Below, piece after piece: positions 19,315 to 28,145 of a DNA stretch of 64,000 nt. Source of the stretch: Candidatus Bathyarchaeota archaeon (GTDB lineage Archaea > Thermoproteota > Bathyarchaeia > 40CM-2-53-6); NCBI GenBank assembly GCA_963706285.1, contig CAVPLU010000010.1:64001-128000 (forward strand). Reading direction: 5' to 3'. The stretch's first letter is position 1. Every line of letters begins with the position of its first letter. Position numbers and translations under genes: made by a program. The notes beneath the pieces were generated by a model. That model saw nothing but the letters and a program-made list of their open reading frames with translations, was not told the origin of the DNA and did not search any database.

Positions 19315-20070
19315 CTAGGGGCCGCCAGAGGAGGGAGGGGGGCATTCCTCGGTGATTACTGAGTTGAAGAATGCGTTCAGATTGCTACTTACCTGCTCTT
19401 CGATGGGAGCGAAATTGCCTCCCCAGCCCGTGACTTGGTTTGTGAAAACAACATTCCCTTGGCCGTCTTTCACTGTCACGGTGACCAGTCCAACTGAGTT
19501 CGGAGAGCTCTGATCTCCACTCACATGCTCTGTTACCGATACCGAGTAGCCGACACCGTATCCTGCGTATGGAGTATAGCTAACCGCAGTGGCGGGATCG
19601 ATTTCACCCGCATTGATCAGCTCATTTTCCTGATTCAAGAAGGGCAAGGTCGAGACATCGACGATTCCTACCGACTGTGATTGTCCGATACCATTGACCA
19701 AGTCAAAAGCTATCAGGTCAGTGCTGACCGGCTGCGGAGGGTTGGTTCCCTGTGAGAATTCGCCAACATCAACAACAATCACAATGACATTGTCAGTCGC
19801 GCCCCCTCCACAGCCACCGCCACCGTTACCTCCTTCATCTGGGGGCGGAGTCGGTGGAGGAGGATCCCCATCTGGAGGAGGCGGCGGGGGCGGAGGTGGT
19901 GGAGGCGCTGCGAATGTTCCAGAACCAAACCCAACTTGCACCGGTTCGTTGAGTGATCGGGATAAGGAGTGTGGCATAGAGGCTTGGGCACTAGACTCTA
20001 CAGAATAAGAATGGGTGAGGAGTAGGAAGAATAGGAGGATTAGTAGACCGATGCTAGATCGAGTTCTCAA
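19315..20070 (-). CDS. Secreted proline/glycine-rich hypothetical protein
   Basis: Signal peptide, run of 11 Pro, GGNGGGGCGGG; GGAGG upstream. Confidence 0.65.
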   Translation of the reverse strand: MRTRSSIGLLILLFFLLLTHSYSVESSAQASMPHSLSRSLNEPVQVGFGSGTFAAPPPPPPPPPPPDGDPPPPTPPPDEGGNGGGGCGGGATDNVIVIVVDVGEFSQGTNPPQPVSTDLIAFDLVNGIGQSQSVGIVDVSTLPFLNQENELINAGEIDPATAVSYTPYAGYGVGYSVSVTEHVSGDQSSPNSVGLVTVTVKDGQGNVVFTNQVTGWGGNFAPIEEQVSSNLNAFFNSVITEECPPPSSGGP

Positions 20071-20208
20071 CTATCCTCCAGAACAAATCCGTCTCGCACA
20101 TCCTTAAATGACTAGTGCCCAGACTCGAATCTAATCTTCTAGACAACGGAGACGCTGACGGCAAATCGTCTTATAGGCACGACACGGAGTGTCAGCGGTG
20201 AGAGGAGG

Positions 20209-22101
20209 TTGGGCATTCTGAGGTGCCCCCATTTCCGTTTCTTCTGCCTTTGCATTCTTGTCGCGTTTAGTGTTACAGGTGTCCGTGTTCCTGCCGTGGG
20301 GGCAACCTACGCTGAGACAAGCTGGACTACAGTTACAGTGAACGTGAGCCCTTCTACGCCTATTGACATTCATGCTTCAAGCGGCTACGTGAGATCCTAT
20401 CCACGTGATCTAATTGTGAATTATAGCTATGCGATAATAGCATCTGGAAAGAGTTTCCAAATATCGATACACGTCGCTCAATCATTCGCATTCGCAAACG
20501 TAACTGGTACGACGATCCTTGTGAATCCGAAGAAGCCGTTCACGCATGCTATGGGCTTTGATGAGTTGGGGAACGACGTCTTGACCATCAACTTCGACTC
20601 TGAGAGTCCTCTGGGACAGTTCTATTTGACTGTGCTTCAGTATGTGACTGTCTACTCGATCAAGTACACTATCGACCCAGCCAAGGTCGGAAGCTATGAC
20701 AGGAGTTCAGAGCTCTACAAGGTGTACACGAAACCAGCCGAGTTCATTCAGAGCGATAACCCAGAGATAATGGCGACATCGCGGCAAATTGTGGGGGAGG
20801 AAAAGAACCCGTACCTGGCCGCGCTGAGAGTACAGAACTACGTTGTGCAGCACATGACCCGTGATGACGCTTTGCTCCCATGGAGTGCTGAACACGAGGG
20901 CGCGTTGTTCGCTCTACACTCGGGCAAGGGAGTCTGCCGACACTTTCCCGCCTTGTTCACAGCTCTCGCCAGAGCGGCTGGAATCCCCACCATTGACATC
21001 TGGGGATCTACACCAACTGACGGAGGCAACATGGCGGACCCCGGCGATTTGAAACACAACTGGGTGCAATTCTATGTGCCCAACTATGGGTGGATCCCTA
21101 CAGACCCGTCTGATGAAAACGGCCAAGGCGTTGACCAATTCGCTCGGTTACAGGACAATTCACGTGTTCCCGTCATGTCCGTCAACTATTTGGTCCAAAC
21201 AGCGTGGTGGTCAGGAGGAGATGCACAAGCCATCTCAGAGAAGGGAACAATCCTCTTAGGAGAACAGCCGACGATCTCAATACCGCCCTCAACTGTCACG
21301 GCGAGCCTACCGCAGGGCATATCATGGAATACTCTATCCGATGCCAAGGGGGATTTGTCTGATCAGAACGGCAGATCCGTGGGCGATCTGGGCCTGCCGT
21401 ACTTAGACATTAGCAGCCTAGCCGCCGGGTTCGCTGGAGAATCACTATTTTTCCGCTTCGATCTGAACGGCAAAGTTCCCAGCCAGATTGATACCACGCA
21501 CGTTGGCACGATTTGGTATTCGGTGCTTGTTGATGTTGATCCCGATTCCCGCACAGGATACCAGTGGAGCAGCGATTTCACGCCGGACTACACGTTGAAT
21601 GTCGGCATCACGTCGCGAACCCATAGCGTACTCTACTCCTCGATCTGGAAATATGCAGGCAACGGAACAAGTTGGAGCTGGATAACCCTCGACTATAACA
21701 CTCAGCAACCTGTTGTCGCTGGCGGAAGCGGACAAGATTCCTTTATCCTAAGTTGTCGGTATGGAGATATTTCGGTTTCTGGAGGATCGAAGATCCGGTT
21801 GTTTGCTCGAAGCGGCATTATGTACGATGGCAAGACATACAATGACTTGGTTCCTGACAAGGGCACCCTCACCGTGACCATGCCTTCGTCCACAGTGACA
21901 ACAATGTTCTCCGGAACCGCTGTAGCGACGACGACGCCATCCACCGTAACCAGCACGACGGGAAGCGCTGTCTCCGCTCCTCCCACTGCAGGCGTAGACA
22001 TGAGCCTAACGCTGCTTTTCGCTGTACTCGGCATAGCCGTCGTTGGAATCATCATATTCGTGATCAGAAAACAGCGACCAAGCGCTAAAAGCGAATCCTA
22101 A
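20209..22101 (+). CDS. Membrane-anchored transglutaminase-like protein with beta-sandwich domain and S/T linker
   Basis: GVCRHF (Cys), HNWVQFYVP..GWIPTDP (His/Asp) triad; Thr-rich linker, C-terminal TM. Confidence 0.85.
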   Translation: MGILRCPHFRFFCLCILVAFSVTGVRVPAVGATYAETSWTTVTVNVSPSTPIDIHASSGYVRSYPRDLIVNYSYAIIASGKSFQISIHVAQSFAFANVTGTTILVNPKKPFTHAMGFDELGNDVLTINFDSESPLGQFYLTVLQYVTVYSIKYTIDPAKVGSYDRSSELYKVYTKPAEFIQSDNPEIMATSRQIVGEEKNPYLAALRVQNYVVQHMTRDDALLPWSAEHEGALFALHSGKGVCRHFPALFTALARAAGIPTIDIWGSTPTDGGNMADPGDLKHNWVQFYVPNYGWIPTDPSDENGQGVDQFARLQDNSRVPVMSVNYLVQTAWWSGGDAQAISEKGTILLGEQPTISIPPSTVTASLPQGISWNTLSDAKGDLSDQNGRSVGDLGLPYLDISSLAAGFAGESLFFRFDLNGKVPSQIDTTHVGTIWYSVLVDVDPDSRTGYQWSSDFTPDYTLNVGITSRTHSVLYSSIWKYAGNGTSWSWITLDYNTQQPVVAGGSGQDSFILSCRYGDISVSGGSKIRLFARSGIMYDGKTYNDLVPDKGTLTVTMPSSTVTTMFSGTAVATTTPSTVTSTTGSAVSAPPTAGVDMSLTLLFAVLGIAVVGIIIFVIRKQRPSAKSES

Positions 22102-22175
22102 CTTGGACTTGAGTCGAATCTCAAGTTGTCAAAGGGCTGACCAGGACGCGGAGAGAGGGACCCGCTCAAAGCTCA

Positions 22176-22294
22176 TGATGGACCGGGCGGGATCTGGACC
22201 CGCGACCTTCAGAGGCACCTGTCTAGGTCCTAATCTTGATCGATTTAGTGAAGAACGGTATCTGCCCCTAGTGAGGAGCAAGTACCACCGGACC
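22176..22294 (-). pseudogene. Degenerate tRNA-Ala-like element, 119 nt
   Basis: 3' half GGTCGCGGGTCCAGATCCCGCCCGGTCCATCA resembles the archaeal tRNA-Ala T-arm and acceptor; 5' GGTCCGG pairs with it; T-loop and CCA degenerate. Confidence 0.6.
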
Positions 22295-22412
22295 TCACCT
22301 TCCATTTCGCTGTTACGCACCACTAGACATATCGCACACGCTAAGATAGTTCGAAGGTTCAGGGGGCTTCAGTCTGCAGCGACCAGCAATTGAGTCAAAG
22401 ATCCAATCCATC

Positions 22413-23423
22413 TTGGACAAGGCGTTAGCAGGCGATGAAATAGATCGTGAACAAGCGTCGCAGCTTCTGAAGACAGACGACAAGTCACCCGAAATGTATG
22501 CCATCATTTCAACGGCAAATACCCTGACGAGGAGACAGTATGGTGACAGAGGCGAAGTCTATGGTACGGTTGGGATAAACCTCTGGCCTTGTCCCAGGAG
22601 TTGCGCTTTCTGCTCCTTTGGAGCAAAGTGGAACTTGATCGAGGCACCGGTCGAATTCACTCTCGAAGAAGTTGTTGCTAGGGCAAAGTCGCTGGAAGAC
22701 GATGGCGTGAATGCTATTTTTCTGATGACCACTGCAGACTACCCGTTTGACCGCTACGTCGAGATCGCTAAGGCCGTGAGGAGAGCTCTCTCGGCGAAGA
22801 TGCCGATGGTGGCGAACGTAGGCGACTTTGGATCCGACAAAGCCAAGGATCTGGTCGACGCAGGATTTCAGGCCGTATACCATGTCCACAGATTGGGAGA
22901 AGGCAAGGACACTGGAATAAGCACTGAAGAGAGACTGCAGACCATAGGTGCTGCGCGAGATGTAGGACTCGACCTCAGCTACTGCGTTGAACCCATTGGA
23001 CCTGAACACACTCCGGCAGAATTGGTTGCCGAAATGTTTCGAGGAAGAGAGTTCAATGCGGTCAACCTCGCTTGTATGTGGAGAGTTCCTGTGCCAGGGC
23101 TTCCGCTTTCGAAGTTCGGGAGAATTTCTGAGGTGACCTTGGCCAAGACTGTTGCAGTGACAAGGATAGTGGCTGGTGATTCCATCAAGGCAATGGGTGT
23201 TCATGAACCCAGAATTCTCCCTCTAATCGCCGGTGCCAACCAGATCTATGCACAGACGGCCGGCTTTTCGCCCCGAAGGCGCCCCATTCTCAAAGACTCG
23301 GACGAGGAATCGTCGAAGAGAAAGGGTTACTCTGTTGAAGACTGTAGGAACCTGCTCAGAGAAGCAGGCTACGTCCCTCTCGAAGGCCCTACGAAGGTGT
23401 TTCGGGGCAACTGGTCGTCCTAG
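22413..23423 (+). CDS. Biotin-synthase-related radical SAM protein
   Basis: CPRSCAFC motif, GANQIYA near C-terminus; BioB/HydE-like size and layout. Confidence 0.75.
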   Translation: MDKALAGDEIDREQASQLLKTDDKSPEMYAIISTANTLTRRQYGDRGEVYGTVGINLWPCPRSCAFCSFGAKWNLIEAPVEFTLEEVVARAKSLEDDGVNAIFLMTTADYPFDRYVEIAKAVRRALSAKMPMVANVGDFGSDKAKDLVDAGFQAVYHVHRLGEGKDTGISTEERLQTIGAARDVGLDLSYCVEPIGPEHTPAELVAEMFRGREFNAVNLACMWRVPVPGLPLSKFGRISEVTLAKTVAVTRIVAGDSIKAMGVHEPRILPLIAGANQIYAQTAGFSPRRRPILKDSDEESSKRKGYSVEDCRNLLREAGYVPLEGPTKVFRGNWSS

Positions 23424-23672
23424 GGCCGAACAGGTCGATACAAGGTCATGCGCGTGGCTGGTTGACTTTGGGATGTCACGCCGGCAACGCAAAAAAACCA
23501 TTGGAATAGCGAAGAATTTGATCCCGTCGTCATACCCTGGAATCGAAAATGACATCCGGGCACTTGCAATTCCCGAGATAAGACAAGTTGAATGAGAGAC
23601 CTCACATCTTCAGTCCAAAGCGCTATAATCCCTGTTGCTGCCTCTACTCAGTTGATTCATGTTGGATGCAAA

Positions 23673-24041
23673 ATGCGAATAGCAACAGCCGAAGACGCAG
23701 AGAGCCTAGTGAGGAAATACTTACTCGGCACCAGAACTTCTCACGGGAAAATCTCCACTTTGTCGGCCGAAGAGAAGACCGAGGGCCCGGACAATCAGGG
23801 CACGTGGAGAGTCAAAGGAACATACCTCACGGAGGCAGGCATCAGATCAAAATTCTCGGCCAGCGTCTCGTCGCGCGGCGAAGTGTTGATCACTAGCTCA
23901 AGTTCCACTAAATCGAAAAGGCAATCCGGCAGAAGTGATGTGGGACGTAAGTTGACCAGCACAGAATACGCTGCAAGAAGGCGGCGAAGAAAGAAACAAA
24001 CCCCTGGGAAGCGCACCAAACCACGCAGAAATATTGCCTGA
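23673..24041 (+). CDS. Hypothetical protein with basic C-terminal tail
   Basis: IATAEDAESLVRKYL..TWRVKG (PepSY-like pattern), Lys/Arg-rich tail. Confidence 0.55.
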   Translation: MRIATAEDAESLVRKYLLGTRTSHGKISTLSAEEKTEGPDNQGTWRVKGTYLTEAGIRSKFSASVSSRGEVLITSSSSTKSKRQSGRSDVGRKLTSTEYAARRRRRKKQTPGKRTKPRRNIA

Positions 24042-24080
24042 CACAGAGACGGCAGCCTTACGTCGGTACGTCTACGGTGC

Positions 24081-24281
24081 CTACAATCTTCGTTCCCTGA
24101 ACAGTCTTTCAAGAAGCACCGGCAAGTCCTCATGATTCTTTGTAGCTTGGTCATCCAAGCTTACTTGCTGTTCTCGAGTAAGTAACTGCCAAGAGTGAGC
24201 GATCTCGTCAGTAGTCTCGTATGTGTGAACTCCACCCGGTCTTCTATCATGCCGGCGAACGGCCGCGCTAATCCTTGCCAT
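24081..24281 (-). CDS. Small hypothetical protein
   Basis: ATG-started 66-aa ORF with protein-like composition; no motif recognised. Confidence 0.35.
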   Translation of the reverse strand: MARISAAVRRHDRRPGGVHTYETTDEIAHSWQLLTREQQVSLDDQATKNHEDLPVLLERLFRERRL

Positions 24282-24677
24282 AGCGCAAAGATGGTCCGGC
24301 GGCTACAATAAGGTCTCGGTTCAGGTCGCGAAGCTGTGTTCCGTTTTTCCTATGATATCATGTCCAGGGATATTCAGTGCTTCTTACGCTGACGGGCTTG
24401 ACGGGCCTTCGCAATCGATCGAAAACGAGTCTATTCATGGCGATTGGTTGGCCAAAACGAGTGTTTGGTCTCTTCCTTATAGCTCGCAATGCAGCTACTG
24501 GTAATGAAGATCGTAGTGATGACGTTTCCAGCAAGATGCAAGAAATGCGGCGGTCCTATATTGTCGGTGGGATTGCTTTCTGGAAGCGACCTTTGTATGG
24601 GTTGTGCCAGAATCGTAACTGCTAGGAAAATGAGCCTCACTCTAGAGTAAACTGCGTATGTTCTGCAATCAAAGTTC

Positions 24678-25793
24678 GTGCGGGATTTGAAAGCGCTTTT
24701 AGTGGAATGTATTCTTCCTCGAAGCAAATCGCGAATCGATGAAGTGAACGACATAGCGAAAGCTGCTGGCTACGATGTGGTCGGTCAAGTCACGCAGCAT
24801 CGAGACTCGGTGGATTCAGCCTATTGTGTAGGCAAAGGGAAAATTGATGAGATCAAGGAGACTGTCACGGAAGACTCGATCGAGGCGATAATATTCACGC
24901 GACAACTTTCGGCAGGTCAAATATTCCGAATCCAGAGGAAGCTTGGTGATGTTCTCGTTCTCGACAGAAACCTGCTCATTCTGGAAGTTTTCGAGAAGCG
25001 CTGCGCCACGACTGAAGCTAGGCTGCAGATTGCATTGGCGCGGCTCCGATACACGTTCTCTTGGGGCAGAGAATCAATTCGAATGCACGGTATTGCAAGT
25101 GAGCAGATGGGAAGGGGAGGGCCGGGTCAGTATCCATATGAAGTCTATGAAGCGGTGTCGCGCAAACGAATAAGCAAGATCGAAGGGGAGCTTCGTGATA
25201 TTAGATCGAAGAGCAACCGTCTTCGTGAACATCGAGGAAAGGCTGGCTTCCAAATCGTAGCGTTGACAGGGTACACTCAAAGTGGCAAGACCACGCTGTT
25301 CAACAGACTCGCGTCGGAATCGAAGGAAATAGGTTTGGGACCATTTACGACGCTCTCTACATTTGCACGTAAGGTCTCCCCAAATGGGAGAGGGGATTCT
25401 TCTGACTCCTTCATCATGATTGATTCTATTGGGTTCATTGAAGATCTTAGTCCTCTGCTGCTAAGCGCTTTCCACACCACGCTGAATGAACTTGCAAATT
25501 CTGATCTTGTTCTCCTCTTCGTAGATGGTAGCGATGACCTGGAAACGGTGATACGAAAGATCACGGCTTCTCATGAGATCATGAGTAAGGAAATGCACGG
25601 CGTTCCTGTTTTGATCTGCATCAACAAAGTGGACCTTGTGACTCGTGAACATTTAGACAAGGTGCTCGCGGAGACTCGCAAGATATTCGCGGAAGATGAA
25701 ATACTCGAAATAAGTGCGAAGACTGGAGCTAACGTACCAAGTCTCCTGCAGAAAGTTGCTGAAAGGTTAATGCCGACGGTTCAGGCAACGTGA
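24678..25793 (+). CDS. hflX: HflX-family GTPase
   Basis: VGKGK, DRNLLILEVF, EARLQIALA, GYTQSGKTTLFN, DSIGFI, NKVD, ISAKTG. Confidence 0.9.
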   Translation: MRDLKALLVECILPRSKSRIDEVNDIAKAAGYDVVGQVTQHRDSVDSAYCVGKGKIDEIKETVTEDSIEAIIFTRQLSAGQIFRIQRKLGDVLVLDRNLLILEVFEKRCATTEARLQIALARLRYTFSWGRESIRMHGIASEQMGRGGPGQYPYEVYEAVSRKRISKIEGELRDIRSKSNRLREHRGKAGFQIVALTGYTQSGKTTLFNRLASESKEIGLGPFTTLSTFARKVSPNGRGDSSDSFIMIDSIGFIEDLSPLLLSAFHTTLNELANSDLVLLFVDGSDDLETVIRKITASHEIMSKEMHGVPVLICINKVDLVTREHLDKVLAETRKIFAEDEILEISAKTGANVPSLLQKVAERLMPTVQAT

Positions 25794-26056
25794 TCTCTCC
25801 AGTCTAGGTGCACACGCTCTCTGGTGCGCACACAGGTCATCACTGCAGAGAGGATTCTGGGAGAATAGGAGGATTTGTGTGTGCGGACCACGAGAGCACA
25901 CAACTTCAGAATCGCTTCTGCATGCTACGGCATAGGATCACTTGGATGGATTTGCAGAGATCCATGGCGTGATAACAGAATCTCATATATGGAGCGAATA
26001 GCTCCGCCCTCGGAATCAGTTGAATTCAGGGCTAGTGGGCGATATTACTGAAACTC

Positions 26057-26971
26057 GTGAAGCATGAGCGTAATCCGATCATTGCTCCTAGACCATCTCA
26101 CAATTGGGAGGTTAATGGAACATTCAATCCTGGGGCAATTGTGGATGGTGGAGCTGTTCATCTTCTTTACCGGGCAGTGGATCAAAACATGATATCGCGC
26201 CTTGGCTACGCACGGACCGTCAACGGAACAGAAATAGGCTTCCGCTCTTCGAGTCCAGTTCTTGAACCGTCTGCTGATTGGGAGGAATTCGGTTGTGAGG
26301 ATCCTCGCATAACAGCACTTGATGGGATATTCTGCGTAACATACACTGCCTATTCGCGACGCGGCCCCCGAATCGCTTTGGCCTCAACCGAAGATTTCAC
26401 TCACTTCCAGAGGTATGGGCTAGTTGGACCAAAACGCGACGACAAGGACTGTGTCCTTTTTCCTGAGAGAATGGATGGAAAGATCGCTCTGTTGCATCGA
26501 CTCGAATCCAAGGTTCAGATCGCTTACTTTGATGATCTCAGCTCTCTCACTGAATCTCAGGAGTTTTGGAGGAAATATCTGAATCATTACAATGAATATG
26601 AGGTTCTGAGGGGAAGATTTCCGTGGGAGGTAAGGAAAGTTGGCATAGGTCCTCCCCCGATAAAGACAGAACGCGGCTGGCTTGTAATCTATCACGGAGT
26701 CAGCATCGAACGTATCTACCGTGCCGGAGCGATTCTGCTTGATCTCGACAAGCCGACGAAGACCCTCGCTCGCACTAGTGAACCGATCCTAGAACCCGAG
26801 ACCGAGTTCGAAAAGCACGGTATCGTTCCAAACGTGGTGTTCCCAGACGGAGCTGTGGTGCGAGACAAACAACTACTCGTCTACTATGGTGGAGCTGATC
26901 GGGTCTGCTGTGTCGCCAGCGCCCCCATCGATGAGTTCCTAGATGAGCTAGAAAAAGAGGCCGAGTCGTGA
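26057..26971 (+). CDS. GH130-family glycosidase/phosphorylase
   Basis: FNPGA, LLYRA, GCEDPRI, TYTAYS, DKD.VLFPE, LLHR, IYHGV, NVVFP, YYGGAD. Confidence 0.9.
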   Translation: MKHERNPIIAPRPSHNWEVNGTFNPGAIVDGGAVHLLYRAVDQNMISRLGYARTVNGTEIGFRSSSPVLEPSADWEEFGCEDPRITALDGIFCVTYTAYSRRGPRIALASTEDFTHFQRYGLVGPKRDDKDCVLFPERMDGKIALLHRLESKVQIAYFDDLSSLTESQEFWRKYLNHYNEYEVLRGRFPWEVRKVGIGPPPIKTERGWLVIYHGVSIERIYRAGAILLDLDKPTKTLARTSEPILEPETEFEKHGIVPNVVFPDGAVVRDKQLLVYYGGADRVCCVASAPIDEFLDELEKEAES

Positions 26972-26978
26972 TCCAGAT

Positions 26979-28061
26979 TCATTCTTTACTGAAATTCTCG
27001 ATGAGAGCCTCTGCTGCAAGGAGAAACGCTAGGGTGGACTCCGCTCCCTGGTTTTCATTCAGACCTGCCTCATTGATTCCGTCGGAACATGCGCCTGTCG
27101 ACTCGTCATAGACCTTAACCGTCTTGGTGTTATTACCAAAGAACCAGCCCAAAGCTTGCTGTATGGCTTGCTCATATGATTCAGACTCAGTGAGTCTGTA
27201 GGCAATCGCTGCAGTTTCAATCATTCCGCCGGCTTCAATCGGCTGCTGATCGTAGGAGGCTCTTCGTGCACCTTTCACGTACCAGCCTTGGTTTCCGATC
27301 GGTGCGTGCATTCCATCGATTGTTGTGGCCTTCATTAGGAATCGAAGGGACTCCTCTGCCACATCAAGATAGACTCGTTTCCGTGTCGACTGATATGCGA
27401 CGAGCAACGCCTGACTCAGCCGCGCGTTGTCATAAGATAGAATATTCTCGAACCATTGCCAATCCGTGACTCGATTATTGTTGTATAATGCAACTAGACT
27501 GTCAGCGATTTCCTCTAGATTGGTCATGAGATTAGCCTCTTTTGTTTCCGAGCAGAGGCGCTCATGGAGGCCTAAGCAAGCATACGCCTTCGTTCGCGGG
27601 GATGTTGACTCTCTGACCCAAGGTAACGCTCTATCAAAGATGAGTCGTGCAGAAGCTCGCATACCACTTTGAAGATCGGAATTGATGACTCTTCCAGCCC
27701 CCCAGATAGCCCGACCGAGATGATCGCCTACTGTTGGTTCATCGGCAATCCTCTGGGAGAAGTCCATGAAATTGTGAAACTTTCCATTTTCCTCTTGCAT
27801 GAGGAGTAGGAAACTCAGTAGCTTGCGCTGCAACTTCGGAAGCCTCTGATCCGGCCAGAGTTTGATCGCTTTGGAGGCGAACACGAGCGCACGGGCGTTA
27901 TCGTCTACCATGTACCCTTCCTTTCTCACCATGACTGAGAACTTTGCGTGCTGGAGGAGCGCGATGTGGTCGGTTATGGAAAGGAGATGGTCAAGCTTCA
28001 CTGACTGTCGCAGTTTCATGCACTGCTCTTCGAGACTGCGTCGCAGGTTTGGGGATGTCAC
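26979..28061 (-). CDS. Six-hairpin (alpha/alpha) domain protein of the type usually fused C-terminally to GT4
   Basis: LLQHA..GY.VDDNARAL, GRAIW, WFE..LSYDNARL, DQQPIEA, GAC.DG..NENQGAESTLA. Confidence 0.8.
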   Translation of the reverse strand: MTSPNLRRSLEEQCMKLRQSVKLDHLLSITDHIALLQHAKFSVMVRKEGYMVDDNARALVFASKAIKLWPDQRLPKLQRKLLSFLLLMQEENGKFHNFMDFSQRIADEPTVGDHLGRAIWGAGRVINSDLQSGMRASARLIFDRALPWVRESTSPRTKAYACLGLHERLCSETKEANLMTNLEEIADSLVALYNNNRVTDWQWFENILSYDNARLSQALLVAYQSTRKRVYLDVAEESLRFLMKATTIDGMHAPIGNQGWYVKGARRASYDQQPIEAGGMIETAAIAYRLTESESYEQAIQQALGWFFGNNTKTVKVYDESTGACSDGINEAGLNENQGAESTLAFLLAAEALIENFSKE

Positions 28062-28145
28062 TGCATTGGTCAGCTGCCTTTCTCCATACCATTTATTGCC
28101 AATACTTGAAGTCGCTCGATTCTTTCAGATGACTCTACACGGACT

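Noticed and set aside
19694-20008. Gly-rich 104-aa ORF on the plus strand
   Set aside because: Antisense shadow of the poly-Pro gene, which has a signal peptide and ribosome-binding site
25800-25905. Several GCACAC/GTGTG words resembling the nitrogen motif core
   Set aside because: No adjacent GTCTTAATA and no nitrogen gene; short words can occur by chance
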